The notes below the pieces were generated by a model. The model saw only the letters and a program-made list of their open reading frames with translations. It searched no databases and was not told the origin of the DNA. DNA of 64,000 nt, taken from NCBI GenBank assembly GCA_964016885.1, contig OZ024743.1, forward strand, positions 43,028,001-43,092,000, written 5' to 3'. The stretch is from Eledone cirrhosa. Taxonomy: Eukaryota. Shown here piece after piece: positions 1 through 13,447 of the stretch (positions are counted from its first letter, which is position 1; each line of letters opens with the position of its first letter). Position numbers and translations under genes: made by a program.

Positions 1-700
1 TACACACCAGCAGCACAGCTGAAACAACCCTGCTCCCACTAATCGCAATCCTAATTGCAACTGCCGTAACCCCACTGCATGCCCGCTTAACGGACATTGC
101 CTTACGCCCAATATCGTATATAGGTGCATCGTTAGAACGACCTCATCTACTAGCTCCTATATTGGCTCTACATCTAACCCATATAAGGTTCGATATAACG
201 CGCACTTATTTTCCTTCCGCGACCCTGGCCATAGGTAATTTCGCTGACAATAAGGTAATTTCCATACAAGAAGCCATCTTGTGCCTTTCGCGGCATTGTT
301 TACTTTCAGCCTCGACAGATATGTAACGTTTCTTTATACCATACACTTTAATTCCAGTGCCAAGAAACCCCACCTAGAGGGCTGCTAATCTGACGATATT
401 TACGGACACCTTACCCTCTTATACTATTTTATTTTATTTCTTCTTTATACATATTAATATTTTCATTATCTAACTTCAAGTTCCGAGGAGCTGCTCCATA
501 ATAATATTTGGTGTTAATTATCTTTCTCTGCACCAAATCATAACGATATTACTATCGATTGATCCAGAATCATTATATGGAGTAGTGAAACAATTGTAAA
601 CTGACATTATTACCCCTTTTTATATTAAACTGCACTTAATATTTATACTTTTCGACTAATGTCTTCTATGTGAGCTTGTGATCTTGATTTGCTTAACTAC
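1..700 (+). mobile_element. 3' fragment of a Penelope-like element (GIY-YIG endonuclease region plus 3' pLTR)
   Basis: Manual translation from ~47 reads NPNCNCRNPTACPLNGHCLTPNIVYRCIVRTTSSTSSYIGSTSNPYKVRYNAHLFSFRDP (CxCx5C linker, VY..YIG); homologous to 21323-22303. Followed by a hammerhead-like motif and ends in (TA)n. Confidence 0.85.
479..602 (+). ncRNA. Hammerhead ribozyme-like motif (type I, long stem II insertion, U4->C core change)
   Basis: AGUU / CCGAGGA / GCUGCUCCAUA..~70 nt..UAUGGAGUAGU / GAAA / C-AAUU-G / UA / AACU; folded by eye. Confidence 0.6.
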
Positions 701-729
701 TGAATATATATATATATATATATATGAGC

Positions 730-771
<42 letters not shown>

Positions 772-3258
772 GCGTGAAACTAATAAACCGGTGTTCCCAC
801 TGCTTCTGTTTTGTTCCCTTTCCATTTTCCACTATATATATATATATATATAATACACATTATTTTATTGTTTTATTACAGTTTAGTGACACTTGCAAAG
901 TGTATTTCCCTAATACATATTCTTCTGTAGTGTCAATCAATTTACACATGTCACAAAAGCAATTTGAGATATTTTCGTTGAAAGAACTATTTACAGATAA
1001 CGTATCACTCCTTCTGAAATAGTTTCGTAAAATATATACAAACTCTATCATTTATATTATTGAGACACAAAGTACAATGTTATCAATTGTTACTAGGATT
1101 ATTTCTAACACCATATAGGCAAATTCCCTGATGATAAATTCTAATCAATTAGATAATATCGTACAATTTGAGCAGATTTATAATTACTTTAGACAAACAA
1201 TTTCGAGTATAAGTCCATTGGATCGAAATTTAATTTCTTTCTATATGTAAATAAGGATATTACTATTACAATATGAGTTTAATATACTACCTAGTGTGAT
1301 TACGTAATTACCTTGTCTCAGCTTCATGTGTTCAGGTGTTCGATCAGGTTAAAGTCAATATCGTGAATCAATACACAAATGGTTGTATATTCCACGTGTA
1401 CATTTCTCTCTCCGCATGAGAAAATAAGTGTCGATGAAGGATGATTGAATTACAGTTATCATCCGTCAAACGAGCTTCTGTGCAGTTTCTATCAACCCAA
1501 TTTCACTCTGGAGTCTTTAATAGATCTGAAAGATGCTTGCAAGAGTTGCCATGCTGTGAGATCAAACCCTTAGTCTCAGGATTGCAAACGAACTTCATCA
1601 CAACTCAGTTATACTACGTCTACACATATTCTGGGAACATTTATGTTAATGTATATTCGTATTATTTATTTGTTCTCTCAGTGATTTCACTGGTGTGATT
1701 GTTATATACAATACGGCTGAGGTCGCGTGAAGTGTTTTGTCGAGGGTTTTCAAACTCAAGATCTCACACGGATCATCATGCCCTGGAGGAGATTCACAGT
1801 AGGCTAAATGTAATTTCCAGCAGTACAGCAGATAGGCTGCTATTTTGCGTCATTAAAAGGAATAACATAAAAGTAAGGGGTTTAGGTAAATTAGCATAAA
1901 ATTGAAGAGGAAAACGTTTCTATTTTAAATATTCTGCCACGTATTAATTGATTATATCAGCCCGAGTACTTATTTTAATCTGTTACATATTTATTCCATT
2001 CATAATTTTCAGATCACTAAGTTAATGGATATAAATTTCAACACAGCTGCAACCTTACGAGGTATATTGAAAAACAGTTAGACAGAATAGACTGAGGTTG
2101 GAAATTTCTATAGGAGAAACCGGCGCATGAGAAATAGTCAGAGGAGAAACGTCATGGGAATAACGCTGCGTATTATTTAAATACCTACACAAGATGGTAT
2201 AATTAAAATAGTGGAAAGTTATATCTATAAATATTTACAGAAAAACAAACGACTGGAAACATCAAATTTGGATTAAACTCTTATTTTCTTAGCCAAGAAT
2301 ATGAATTTTTTCTAGTGATTTTTTTTCTTTCGTTGCTCACCCATAAACTCATGCAAATATTTACAACAAGGCCAATCGAAAAATGATTAGATGAAAGTAA
2401 CATTGGTAGAAGATCGTTCGCAGAAACATAATTTGAAACTTAAGTGCGACTCGTATTTTTAAACGACATATTGTAAATTTAAGAATTTAAGATCAATTTA
2501 CATTTTAACAGAAATGTATTTTCAGGCTAACTGCACTTTATTCTTTTCAGAAAACAAATGTAAATTGAAATAAATCGTTTTTCTATGAAACATTTCTATC
2601 CAAAATAATACACTATATCTCGAAGATAATCCAAAGTATCTATTTGCAGAGATAAACAGACGAATTCGAGATGTTCCTTCCTTAAGCAGTAACGATGTCT
2701 TGTGGAATCGCGCACAAGTCACCTTCCCATATACTCCACACATACTCCAGAGACAAAGCCAATGATCCGCACTCAAACACGAAATGAATTCAACTTTATT
2801 CTAATTAGCCTGCTGAAAACATGAATTTCAACATTTTGTATACATGAACAACATCAATATATATATATATAATTATCTATCATGAGACCTGAAGTGGTTG
2901 CACTAAACGGGGAATACGACGCAATCAATATACATTAAGTACATATGCAATGGTGATAAACTGGCAGAAACATTACATCTGACTACGAAGTACGTTTACT
3001 TGTAGCCAATTAAAATAGTGTCAATGTGTCAAACAGAATTACTGTTATTTGGGATCAAGACAGAAAATTTGATTGAGAAGCAAACCATTCAGCCAGACGC
3101 TTCCTATACCTTCCCACCAACACACACACATACACACATACACACATACACACACATACAAATACACACACACATACACGCTTCCCCATATATATATATA
3201 TGTATATATATAAAATGATATTAAATAAATGGAAACTATATATATAAAACCATATTTA

Positions 3259-3316
3259 TTCTATTATATATATTTCAAGGGTACCAAAAACTTTGGTACG
3301 CTTTCATCAGATAAAA
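3259..3316 (-). ncRNA. Minimal type-I hammerhead ribozyme (inverted pLTR copy)
   Basis: UUUUAU / CUGAUGA / AAGCGUACCAAA-GUU-UUUGGUACCCUU / GAAA / U-AUAU-A / UA / AUAGAA. Confidence 0.75.
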
Positions 3317-3453
3317 TACAAAGAGTGTTTTAGACATTTTGACATAGCCAAGGAAAAAACATACCTTATCAGTTGAATATTCCTTGGGTAGTGAGAATAT
3401 AGAACGGATTTTTCAAACTTATGGATGAATATGCAAATGAATATGTAAATAAT

Positions 3454-3637
3454 TGTTTCTACTTTAGGCACAAGGCCAGCAATTACCCAGTGCATTACTG
3501 GTACTTTATTTTATCAACCCCGTAAGGATGAAAGGCAAAGTCAACCTCTGCGGGATTTGAACTCAGATCGTAAAGGGACATAACTATGCTGGAAACATGG
3601 CGTCCGACCCTCTACCGATACTGCCAATCCACCGCCT
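3454..3637 (-). mobile_element. tRNA-derived SINE (short subfamily)
   Basis: Same family as 11682-11897; B-box GAGTTCAAATCCC on minus strand; 18-bp TSD AATGAATRTGTAAATAAT at 3436-3453 and 3642-3659. Confidence 0.88.
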
Positions 3638-4332
3638 TTTGAATGAATGTGTAAATAATGTTGAGTTATATGAGTGAAAAACCGTTATTTTAAACGCTAT
3701 GGAAAGTTTAGATATGTAATAATAAGAGACAAAGAAAGAAGAAGGAAAAAAGAAAAGGAAAAATAAGAAGAATGAAAAGGAAAGGGAAGAGACACATATA
3801 ACGTTAATTTGGGGGAAATATATTCGAACATTTGTCTATGTATATATTTATATGGACAGTTATGTTTGTAAGTATTTATCTTATTATATTGTAGTGGGTT
3901 AAATATATATATATATATATTTTAATATCATATGTATTTTATTAAAAGGATAATTTACAATTATTAGTTGGTTATAATATGAGTTACGAGGGAAGTTTAT
4001 TTTGTCTTTTAAGTAGATAAATAAATAAATAAATAGCTAGTTCAAGATTTCGGTGGTGTTCTAATATGAGTTACGAGGAACATTGATTTTGTATTTTATG
4101 TAAATAAATATGTTAAAATTGACAATGTTTTAAATTAAATTAACGGAGTTAGGTATAATATTTATATGATTGAAAAGGAAAGATAACTCTGATTTTATTT
4201 GTTAATCGTTAGTGTGAGATTACTTAATTATTTAGTCGAAAAAAATATGAATGTTTAGGATACATCTACGTTTAAAGAATAGCTTTAGATGGTGTCGTTG
4301 TACTTAATAAAGAATTAAGAAATTTAAAAAAT

Positions 4333-6663
4333 GTGTATGCAAATTACTACTCCGCTATTACTCCTAGTTTACTTAATAGGGTTCTTATCTATGCATCTAA
4401 ACATACAAATTTATCTATAGAAGAAATGCATATCATTCTAACTGCACGGAAAACTTTAATTGAATTCAACTATCATCTCCGGACAAGAGCCGATAGAAAA
4501 AATAATTTTAATATCACCATGGGATCATTGAGTCGGCGCAAATAACGGATCTTGTGAACTTATTTATTATTAATACACTGCATAGAAAATGCCAGAGATG
4601 ACCGGTGGTTTATATCGTGATGATATGCTGCTTTTAATTGAAAACCATAGTAATTGTGAAATTAATAAGAAAAGAAAATCCATAATACAATTCTTCAATA
4701 ATTATAACCTTAAGTTAGAAATAGAGAATAACTATAAAATCGTTAACTTTTTAGACGTAACATTAAACCTTAGCACAGGACTCTACTATCCATTCCATAA
4801 AATTATTGAGAATCTAAGTTACGTAAGTTTTAACTCTAATCATCCTAGATCTATTATGAACACTATTGAAAATAGTGTCTAAGATCGAATCTCACGCATC
4901 TCTGCTAATAAAAAATATTTTTGATGATAAGGCTGAATATTATAATAAGGCAAATCACCCTACTATTAATTGTAATAATAATAAACAATTTAACTTAAAC
5001 TCTAAAACAAACAATAGAACTAGAAATATTATTTGGCATTCACCCCCATTCTCATTAAGCGTTAAAACACCTTTAGCAAAGCAATTCTTTAAAGAACTAG
5101 ACAAATGTTTTCCTAAAGCCCACATATACCTCTCAATCGTTAACAGACACACTATAAAACTATCCTAATCTATACTATGAACATAACTCAACATATAAAT
5201 AGAATTAATAATGGAAACTTAAATTTAAACCCTAACCAAAATAACCATAATAGCAATAATAATATTTCTTGCAATATCCAACCAAATAGTACCGTTCCGA
5301 GCAACAGCAACTCCGTAAAATGTACCTGTAGAATCAAATCAAACTGCCGTTTACAAAATAAGTGTTTAGATAAAAAACGTAGTCTATAAATGCACAGTTA
5401 AAACTAGTGAAAATATATTTGACTATGTCGGTGCCACTTCTACAGAATTTAAAGTTCGCTGGAATAACCACAATCACTCTTTTAAAGGATCTGATAAAAA
5501 TATTCTACTTCCCTTTCACAACGTATATGGAACTTAAAAAGCAAGAATATAGACTATTCAATATCTTAGAAAACGATTTCGAAAGCACCTGCATACTGAA
5601 ACACGGCTTTATCAAGATTCTGAAAATTATGTATTGAAGAAATTGTTTATATAATTAACTGTCAACACTCTATTAATCTCAGAATAGAATTATTTAGTTC
5701 CTGCAGACATCGCCAGAATTCAACATTCAGAACTATATATATAACTTATAATATACTTATAATAATTCCTATTAATCTCCAAAATGATCCTATCTGCTTT
5801 AACAATTTATATTTTTACTATATTGATATCTTTAAATCATAATATCTCTAATATTTGTAGTACTTCCACCTTTTAGAAAAAAAATTATTATAATATATAC
5901 GTATGTATATAATTCTAATTTTTAAATTTTAATTTTTTTATTTTTTATTTAAAAATATTTTTTTTAATTTATTTTTTTTAATTTATTTATTTTTATTTAT
6001 TTATTTATTATTTTTTTTAATTTATTTATTATTATTTTTTCAAATTTTCTTAATTTCTTAATTCTTTATTAAGTACAACGACACCCTCTAAAGCTATTCT
6101 TTAAACGTAGATTAATAACCATTAACTGATTTTAGCAAAATGTATTCTAAACATTCATATTTCTTTCGACTAAATAATTAAGTAATCTCACACTCACGAT
6201 TAACAAATAAAATCGGAGTTATCTTTCCTTTTCAATCATATACATATTATACCTAACTCCGTTAATTTAATTTAAAACATACTCAACGTTAACTACATAT
6301 TTATTTACATGAAATATAAAATCAACATCTCCCCCGTAACTCATATTAGAACAACCGCCTAAAACTTGAACTACCTATTTATTTATTTATTTATTTATCT
6401 ACTTAAAAGACAAAATCAACACCCTCGTAACACGTAATCATTTGCATATTCATCCATAAGGTTGACAAATCAGTTCTATATTCTCACTACCCGAGGAATA
6501 TTCAACTGATAAGGTATGTTTTCCCTGGCAATGTCAAAATTTATAAAACACTCTTTGTGTTTTATCTGATGAAAGCGTACCAAAGTGTTTGGTACCCTAG
6601 AAATAGATATAATAGAATAAATATGGTTTTATAAATATAGTTTCCATTTATTTAATATCATTG
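4333..6663 (+). mobile_element. 5'-truncated, frameshifted Penelope-like element (RT + GIY-YIG), probably Hydra-type
   Basis: ORF pieces NYYSAIT, FNITMGS, GGLYRDD, VNFLDVTLNLSTGLYYPFHK, SNHP, RNIIWHSPPFS, CTCRIKSNC; collinear with 20691-22303; AT-rich 3' UTR ending in a hammerhead. Confidence 0.92.
6560..6617 (+). ncRNA. Minimal type-I hammerhead ribozyme in PLE pLTR
   Basis: UUUUAU / CUGAUGA / stem II GUACCAAA-GUG-UUUGGUAC / GAAA / UAGAUA / UA / AUAGAA; second copy at 3259-3316. Confidence 0.72.
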
Positions 6664-6894
6664 TATATTTACTCCAGAAACTTGTCGAGTGCTCTGTATC
6701 TGTTCTAAACATTTATATTTGTTAGATTTGCAACAAATTAAATATCCCTTCTACTTATGTATATATATATATATTGTTACAAACGCAAAGCACTGTATAT
6801 ATATATATATATATATGTATATACAAAACACCAGCACCAACAGTTTTGCAAGAGATGTCAACCTAAATGGACCTGTTGTTTTTATCTAAAGACA

Positions 6895-7075
6895 TATTTT
6901 TCCAATTCCATCCAACCCGTCCCCTCAATCTATCATATTTCTCATTCTTTCTTTTGATGATAGACTAGCGTCCGAAACGTTAAGACCCTCTTCCTGCTAT
7001 ATCAAGCATTAACCTAATATATCCCTTCCATATACTGTACTGATTGTGTTGTTATTTCTGTTTATCTTTTACACC
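6895..7075 (+). repeat. Degenerate pLTR-like repeat with decayed hammerhead core; related copy at ~17180-17358
   Basis: TTGATGATAGACTAGCGTCCGAAACGTTAAG (6954) aligns with CTGATAAAGGACTAGTGTCCAACACGTTAAG (17240); flanks also align loosely. Confidence 0.5.
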
Positions 7076-7194
7076 ACCCCCCCATATATATATATATATA
7101 TATATAGTAAAAAATTGAACGGGAACAAAACAGAGAGGCAGCACGAACAAATGTTTATTAGTTTCACGCTCTTGAGAGTGAGGTGGTGGTGGGG

Positions 7195-7417
<223 letters not shown>

Positions 7418-7937
7418 GTGCGCTACGTTTGTAAGATTGTGTGTAATCGTATACGCATATCTCAGTCGTATTAAATTCTTGGAATCCATCCATTATCGAA
7501 AGATATTTTCTAAGGAACACAAAATCTTCATTAGATTTAATCAACAACCAGTGCTTATTGTTAGATGGCAATCTTTGAGTAACACTTGCACAATATTGGT
7601 GTTCCACATATAGATTGATTTTAATGAATACACAGGTGTTGGGTTATCTTCATCTTTACCAGTAATCACAAGTGCTTAACGACACCTGCTTAAGCATTTG
7701 ATGACGTATTCAAATGCTGAAATTTAAATGGAAAACAGAATACAGCACATGTGTCTTTTGATGCAGTTTTCTATTATTTTTCTCCGTGATCTTTGATGAA
7801 TGTTACCCATTCGGTTATAAATGTCCTGTACAATATAGGCGCCTGTTCGCTTCTGCGACAATTCTCCGTATTTGACATTTACAGGTTATATTTTCGTGAT
7901 GGTGATGGTGGCGATACGTTTGCGGATGATTATGAAA

Positions 7938-8114
7938 GGCGGTGGATTGGCAGTTTCGGTAGAAAGTCGGATGCCATGCTTTGAAGCATCCTCGTATGAT
8001 CTGAGTTCAAATCCCGCCGAGGTTAACTTTGCCTTTCATCCTTCCGGGGGTCGATAGAATAAAGTACCAGTAATGCACTGGGTAATTGCTGGCCTTGTGC
8101 CAAAAGTAGAAACA
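7938..8114 (+). mobile_element. tRNA-derived SINE (short subfamily)
   Basis: A-box-like TGGCAGTTTCGG, B-box GAGTTCAAATCCC, central GCCTTTCATCCTTCCGGGGGTCGATAGAATAAAGTACCAG; short TSD ATTATGAA. Confidence 0.88.
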
Positions 8115-8850
8115 ATTATGAAGCTGAAATGTATGATTGCTTTTGACATATAAGGAATCGTGAATAGTTTGAGAGAATAACCTGAGAAGTATCGTTTATG
8201 TTTATATTAATTTTTTGGTTTTCGGTAATTCTTTTTTATATATAAAGATATATGGTTATGTGATACATTTGGATATTTTATCATTTACAATGTTATATAT
8301 TATATTACAATGTTATATATCATATTTCCCCGTAATAAATTTCCTCTTGTAATAAATAAAATCCTAGAAATTGTTCATAAATATTAGTAACAAAAATAGG
8401 TGACATTTGAAATTAAGGTAAATATCAGTGACCAGATATAATCATTCGTAGATGATACAACAACCCGGATTTCAACGTATATCTTTCGTATTTTAGTTTT
8501 GAAAATCCCAGTTGCAACAAACTTAGTTTTCATCAATATATCACTGCTTGAATGGTTACGTTACAAATATTTAATTCGATTAAGATAAAAGTACCATCTC
8601 ACCAACACATTGGTAAAAATATAATTATTATACAATACGTAAGATTCTTGAAGTTATCTCATTTGAAGTATACACTCTCACACGTATCTTTAGATTTATG
8701 ACCGTAATGGAATTTTCGCTCCGACAAACTGTATACATATAAGCATGTGAATTTTGTATATATAATGATATATGGGGTATTTACGAAAATACATTTTGAA
8801 AGCTTTTAGTTATCAATATTAAACAGCTGACGCCTAACGCCACCTAGCAG

Positions 8851-9004
8851 ATTCCAGCAGAGGATAAATGTCAATGCGTTTCTGGCCTACGGCCGTCATC
8901 AGGTCATGGCTTCTCCCGCTCTGCTCTTTGCTGGAATTTTAAACAGGCGAAAATATATAGTTTTTCCGCCTAATTACATTGGCTGATTAGCTAAATTTGC
9001 ATAT
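8851..9004 (-). other. Solo octamer-CCAAT-TATA-hammerhead relic
   Basis: Minus strand: ATGCAAAT (8995-9002), TCAGCCAAT, hairpin containing TATATA, then AUGAC / CUGAUGA / C-GGCC-GUA-GGCC-A / GAAA / CGCA / UU / GACAU (8868-8907), enclosed by an ATTCCAGCA/TGCTGGAAT stem. Confidence 0.55.
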
Positions 9005-9045
9005 GGACAAAATAAAGGAATTTCGAGAGACACTTTGCAAATAAT

Positions 9046-9235
9046 TGTTTCTATTTTTGGAACAAGACCAGCAATTACCCAGTACATTACTGGTACTTTA
9101 TTTTAACGAGGCCATAAGGATGAAAGGCAAAGTTAACCTCGACGGGATGTGAATTCAGACCGTAAAGGGGCGTAACTATGCTAGAACTAGAAAGCATGGC
9201 GTCCAACCCTCTACCGATACTGCCATATCACCGCC
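9046..9235 (-). mobile_element. tRNA-derived SINE (short subfamily)
   Basis: Family match; 13-bp TSD CTTTGCAAATAAT at 9033-9045 and 9236-9248. Confidence 0.88.
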
Positions 9236-10416
9236 CTTTGCAAATAATACAATATACATCAGAATTACTGTAACACCTAATTATTCCACATATCACATGC
9301 TTCTCTCTTGAGAATGTGATTAAGATATTCAGTAGTATATTCAAAGATAAACAGTCTAAAAGAATAGAAGAATTACTCATAGGATAATTTTTATTATAGG
9401 TCTGCTCAGTCGAAGATGACCTGGGCCCAAGCAACAAAATAATTACAACTATAGAAACCACGTCATTCTCTCTTCACATATTGTTTTAAGATGCAAAGTA
9501 CACATTGCATAATATCACCTTATAACATATGGCTTATCATATAGCGCATTTGATCCGAGGTCTTGTAGACCAAGTAAAACGGCAAGTAACCATAAGAAAA
9601 TAGTATGAGAATGAACAAAGTGACTACACAATTCTCTCTTGTATTATAGGAATAATGCTAGCTTTGTACCAAGTCTATATATTAGCTGGTGTTATTGTTT
9701 ACCCTAAATAAAGCTCCGACCAAACAACCCTACGATCTAATGCATTCCAATCATGATCATTCGATGTTTCTTCTGTTATTGATAACATATCAGTGACTAC
9801 AGTATCAATGATGTCATCATTTTATAGGACTATAGGTTGTAATTTGGTGGAAAATTTACTGCTATTCCATTCAGATCAATTGAAAGGTAAGGGTCCTCTT
9901 ATTTATCCAAGTAGTCTGAAATGTCATGATTATAGGTACTTATAGAAGGGCCCAGTTAGTGTGTTCTAATTAAAGAAATGAAGGTGACAAATTTACAGAT
10001 TCATATTTTATGTTAACTACATCGATGGGATTAAATGCAATGTTTGAACCCAGTCGGATTTGAACTCTGGGTGCAGAGATCTACAAAAATTACAACAGCA
10101 TGTTCTATTCGCTGCAATATTGATTCTGCCACATGAAACAGTATCTATATAGCAACTTTTCTTGCAGGTATTCAATACAATCAATTTTGAATATATATGA
10201 TCTCGTTTTACTTTCTCACTAATTATTCTCTATTCAAAATATATAGAGGATATAAGAAATTTTAACTGCATGATACTATATATTAATGTATTGTTTACCA
10301 TTCTGTGTCGTCTCTCTTTGTCTTACATATTCGGTGTCCTGAAATTCTTCCCTTTCATCATAATATTTATCATCATCATCAGGAGCATTATATTACTAAT
10401 CTTCATTTTTTTTCAA

Positions 10417-10438
10417 CACCACCACCACCACCATCACC

Positions 10439-10508
<70 letters not shown>

Positions 10509-10543
10509 CTGTCATGATCATGATCATCATCATCATCATCATT
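10417..10543. repeat. (CAC)n(CAT)n trinucleotide microsatellite
   Basis: Directly visible. Confidence 0.97.
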
Positions 10544-11308
10544 CATCATCAATATCATCTACATTTTTATCATCGACATAATTTTCCTTTTCATCGTCAT
10601 TTAGTTTTTCTCTATAATCGTCATCATGTGTTCCTATTATTCACCTTTCACTTCTAATTTTAATACACCTCTTTTCACCTGTTCCTTCCACTCCTTCCTC
10701 CCCCTCTTCATACATATATGAATAAAAACAGAAAGACATGGCTACTTACTGATTTGCGCTACGCTATATGACATCGTCAATGTAATAAGGTAAAGATAAT
10801 CAAATAATATCAATATTTCTGACACTTACCCAATTCGTATTAGAATGAAATGTATAAAAATATGAAGACAAATTAGAGTTTTAGTGGTTCTTTGTCGCAC
10901 AAACTTTGTTCTTTAATCGTTACAGGTTACCAGGCAATTTCAAAGAAATGGTAATAGTTATATATTCTACGGTAATTACATATCCAACTATGTCTTTAGA
11001 TATGTCACTAATTAAGAACAGAGTTTCTAAGATAGTTGAATACTTTCTTGAATGGTTATTGTTATCTACGTACAATAATGTTCAGTCATTACGAAATTAG
11101 ATAATAAAACCAGTAACAAAGAAAAGCAATGATCAATACAATAGCAGTCAATTGAGAAATATATCTTAAATTGATTCTGAAAATGCATCGTATGTTGATT
11201 CATGATGAAGAGCATCACAAATAAGAAGAGACAGTTCCAGTTCACTAGATTATTTAATAAACTAAATTATATATTAATCTTCAATACAAGCGAATAAAGA
11301 TAGTTATA

Positions 11309-11488
11309 GGGTGGTTTGGCAGTATTGGTAGAGCGTCAGACACCATGTTTTGCAGCATAGTTATGGCCCTTTGCGTTCTGAGTTCAAATCCGCCGAGGTT
11401 AACTTTGCCTTCATCCTTACGAGGTCGATAAAATAAAGTATCAGTGGTGCACCGGCGTAAGGTCTGGCCTTGTGCCAAAAGTAGAAAC
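11309..11488 (+). mobile_element. tRNA-derived SINE
   Basis: Family match: TGGCAGTATTGG, GAGTTCAAATCC, central domain, CTGGCCTTGTGCCAAAAGTAGAAAC tail. Confidence 0.87.
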
Positions 11489-11681
11489 TCTATATTATTG
11501 TAACTTAGAGTGCCATATTGACTTGTAAAGGAATTGTGGTATACTTCACACACATTCTAGAAACAGTTGGGTCCCCGTTAATTTCGCGCATGTTTCAGGC
11601 ATCAGTACACCAAACAAGAAAATCTATAACACATGATTTCACACATTTCTAGTATAACAAATGTTATTCTTAGCTATGTTA

Positions 11682-11897
11682 AGGTTGGTGGATTGGCCGT
11701 ATCGGTAGAGGGTCGGGCGCCATGCTTTGCAGCATAGAGTTACGGCCCTTTATGTTCTGAGTTCAAATCCCGCCGAGGTTAACTTTGTCTTTCATCCTTA
11801 CGGGCTCGATAAAATAAAGTACCAGTCACGCACTGGGGTCGATTTAATCGACTCCCCACCTCCAAAAAATGCTGGCCTTGTGCCTATATAAGAAACC
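11682..11897 (+). mobile_element. Full-length tRNA-derived SINE (long subfamily); central domain resembles the MetaSINE domain as I recall it
   Basis: A-box TGGCCGTATCGG, B-box GAGTTCAAATCCC, extra GGGGTCGATTTAATCGACTCC hairpin; perfect 16-bp TSD ATTCTTAGCTATGTTA at 11666-11681 and 11898-11913. Confidence 0.92.
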
Positions 11898-12833
11898 ATT
11901 CTTAGCTATGTTAGAAGTACCTAGACGACATACCGTGCCGTTGATTCGAACCTGTCATCGACTACCTGCAAGGCGAATATCTTGACGAAACATGTGTACC
12001 AATAATCATTTCTGGTGACAAATTGATGAACTGTTGTAATTTCCTGTTAATATAAAATGTAGATTTTTAGCGGTAACCATTTTTACTGTAAACATTTTTA
12101 GATCACATTTACTCGACAGAGACCATCAACAACGTCAAGGAATTCCAAATCATACCATATTGTATTATAGGAAAAGAAAAACAGATCATTTAATTGTTTT
12201 ACCGAAAAATCTCAAATTTTTAGAAGTAATTATCGATTTACTGAATCATATGAAACTAGAAATATTTATCATCGCCATTGTGGTACTTACATTCCTCCTT
12301 GAAGGATTACCTTCAAACTTCATTTGCTCCGGAACAAACAGATGACAGGATTTCCAAAGATAAGTAACGTATGTTTTGTTTTTAGATTGACCGTGCCATA
12401 CAGAAGATAATGCAGTTCAAATATATGTAAACTGGTTTTATAATTGAAGAACATACATATATACATACATATTATGCATGTATGTATGTAGCTAGGTAGG
12501 TAGATAGGTACGTAATTAGGTATATATGTATACATATAAGTATTTATGATGGTAGGGAAGTAGGTAGTTATGTATGTTATTAGTTAATTAGTAAGTTGTT
12601 TACTTAGATACATATGTAAGTAGGTAGGTATTGATGACTTAAAAAAGCATATATATAAGATGATATATTCTGTATTGATTTCGACGTTGAACATAACATT
12701 GCACAATAAAGTAAACACCTATAATTCTGAACGCAATCCTAGTTTATTATCAACAGAAACAATACATGTCAAGAATGTGACAATCCATTCACGGTGTTGT
12801 TTCTATTTACCCTATTTCATTCACAACAGGTCA

Positions 12834-13060
12834 TTCTCCGACAGTTTTGCGGTCGTACACTTGGCAGTGGAGACTTCTGGTGTGCTTGGCCCTAGCGCTA
12901 CCTCCCTACTCACCATCATAGGCCCTGGGCTGGCCAGCCGCAGGTGTAAGCTTCGTGAGCTGGAATGGCTTTTCCAGCGCGTCTCCCTTGCCGTCGTCCG
13001 GGGAAACGCCTTCTCCATTCTCTCCCGCCGGGGCTGTGGGGGTGCCACCAATGTGATTGA
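12834..13060 (+). mobile_element. C-terminal fragment of a CRE-like (restriction-like endonuclease) non-LTR retrotransposon
   Basis: GC-rich island encoding LAVETSGVLGPSATSLL...RELEWLFQRVSLAVVRGNAFSI, matching the PxAVETxG..QRxSxAxxRGNA end of CRE-type ORFs. Confidence 0.72.
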
Positions 13061-13214
13061 CCGACTTGTCATTTTACCACTCAACTGTTTGATGCCTTCC
13101 ATTGTCATAACACATTTCTTGTCCTAAACTAACAAAGAACCTATGACGTCATGAATCCGAAACGAACGCCGTAACGACGATAACAGGCTTGGACAATTAT
13201 TAAGATTAATTATT

Positions 13215-13420
13215 GTTTTAATTCATGGTCAACGTCAGATTTGAAGGGGAGGTGTAATCCGATTAAACCGACCCTAGTGCGTGATTGGTACTTTATTTTA
13301 TCGAACCCGCAAGGATGAGAATCAAAGCTAGGCTAGGCGGGATTTGAACTCAGAATGTAAAGGGCCGTAACTATATGCCACGAAGTATATCTGACGCCCT
13401 ACCGATGCTGGCAATCCACC
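13215..13420 (-). mobile_element. Diverged tRNA-derived SINE (long subfamily)
   Basis: GGTACTTTATTTTATCGAACCCGCAAGGATG...GCGGGATTTGAACTCAG...GGCAATCCACC. Confidence 0.8.
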
Positions 13421-13447
13421 AATAAACGTTATTTCAGAGACATAGAA

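Larger units (their letters stand above)
3214..4331 (-). repeat. Inverted copy of the 3' UTR/pLTR of the PLE at 4333-6663, interrupted by a SINE and other DNA (~3450-3975)
   Basis: 3214-3440 is the reverse complement of ~6438-6662 and 3975-4331 is the reverse complement of ~6045-6430, with scattered mismatches. Confidence 0.9.

Noticed and set aside
1480-1620. Possible second SINE family remnant
   Set aside because: Too degenerate and no clear second copy in the window.
7470-7730. Possible minus-strand coding relic or exon
   Set aside because: Contains stops and no recognisable motif.
10270-10581. Poly-histidine ORF
   Set aside because: Translation of a (CAC/CAT)n microsatellite; flanks have no protein-like character.
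11682-11775. tRNA gene
   Set aside because: A and B boxes present but no full cloverleaf; it is a SINE head inside a TSD.
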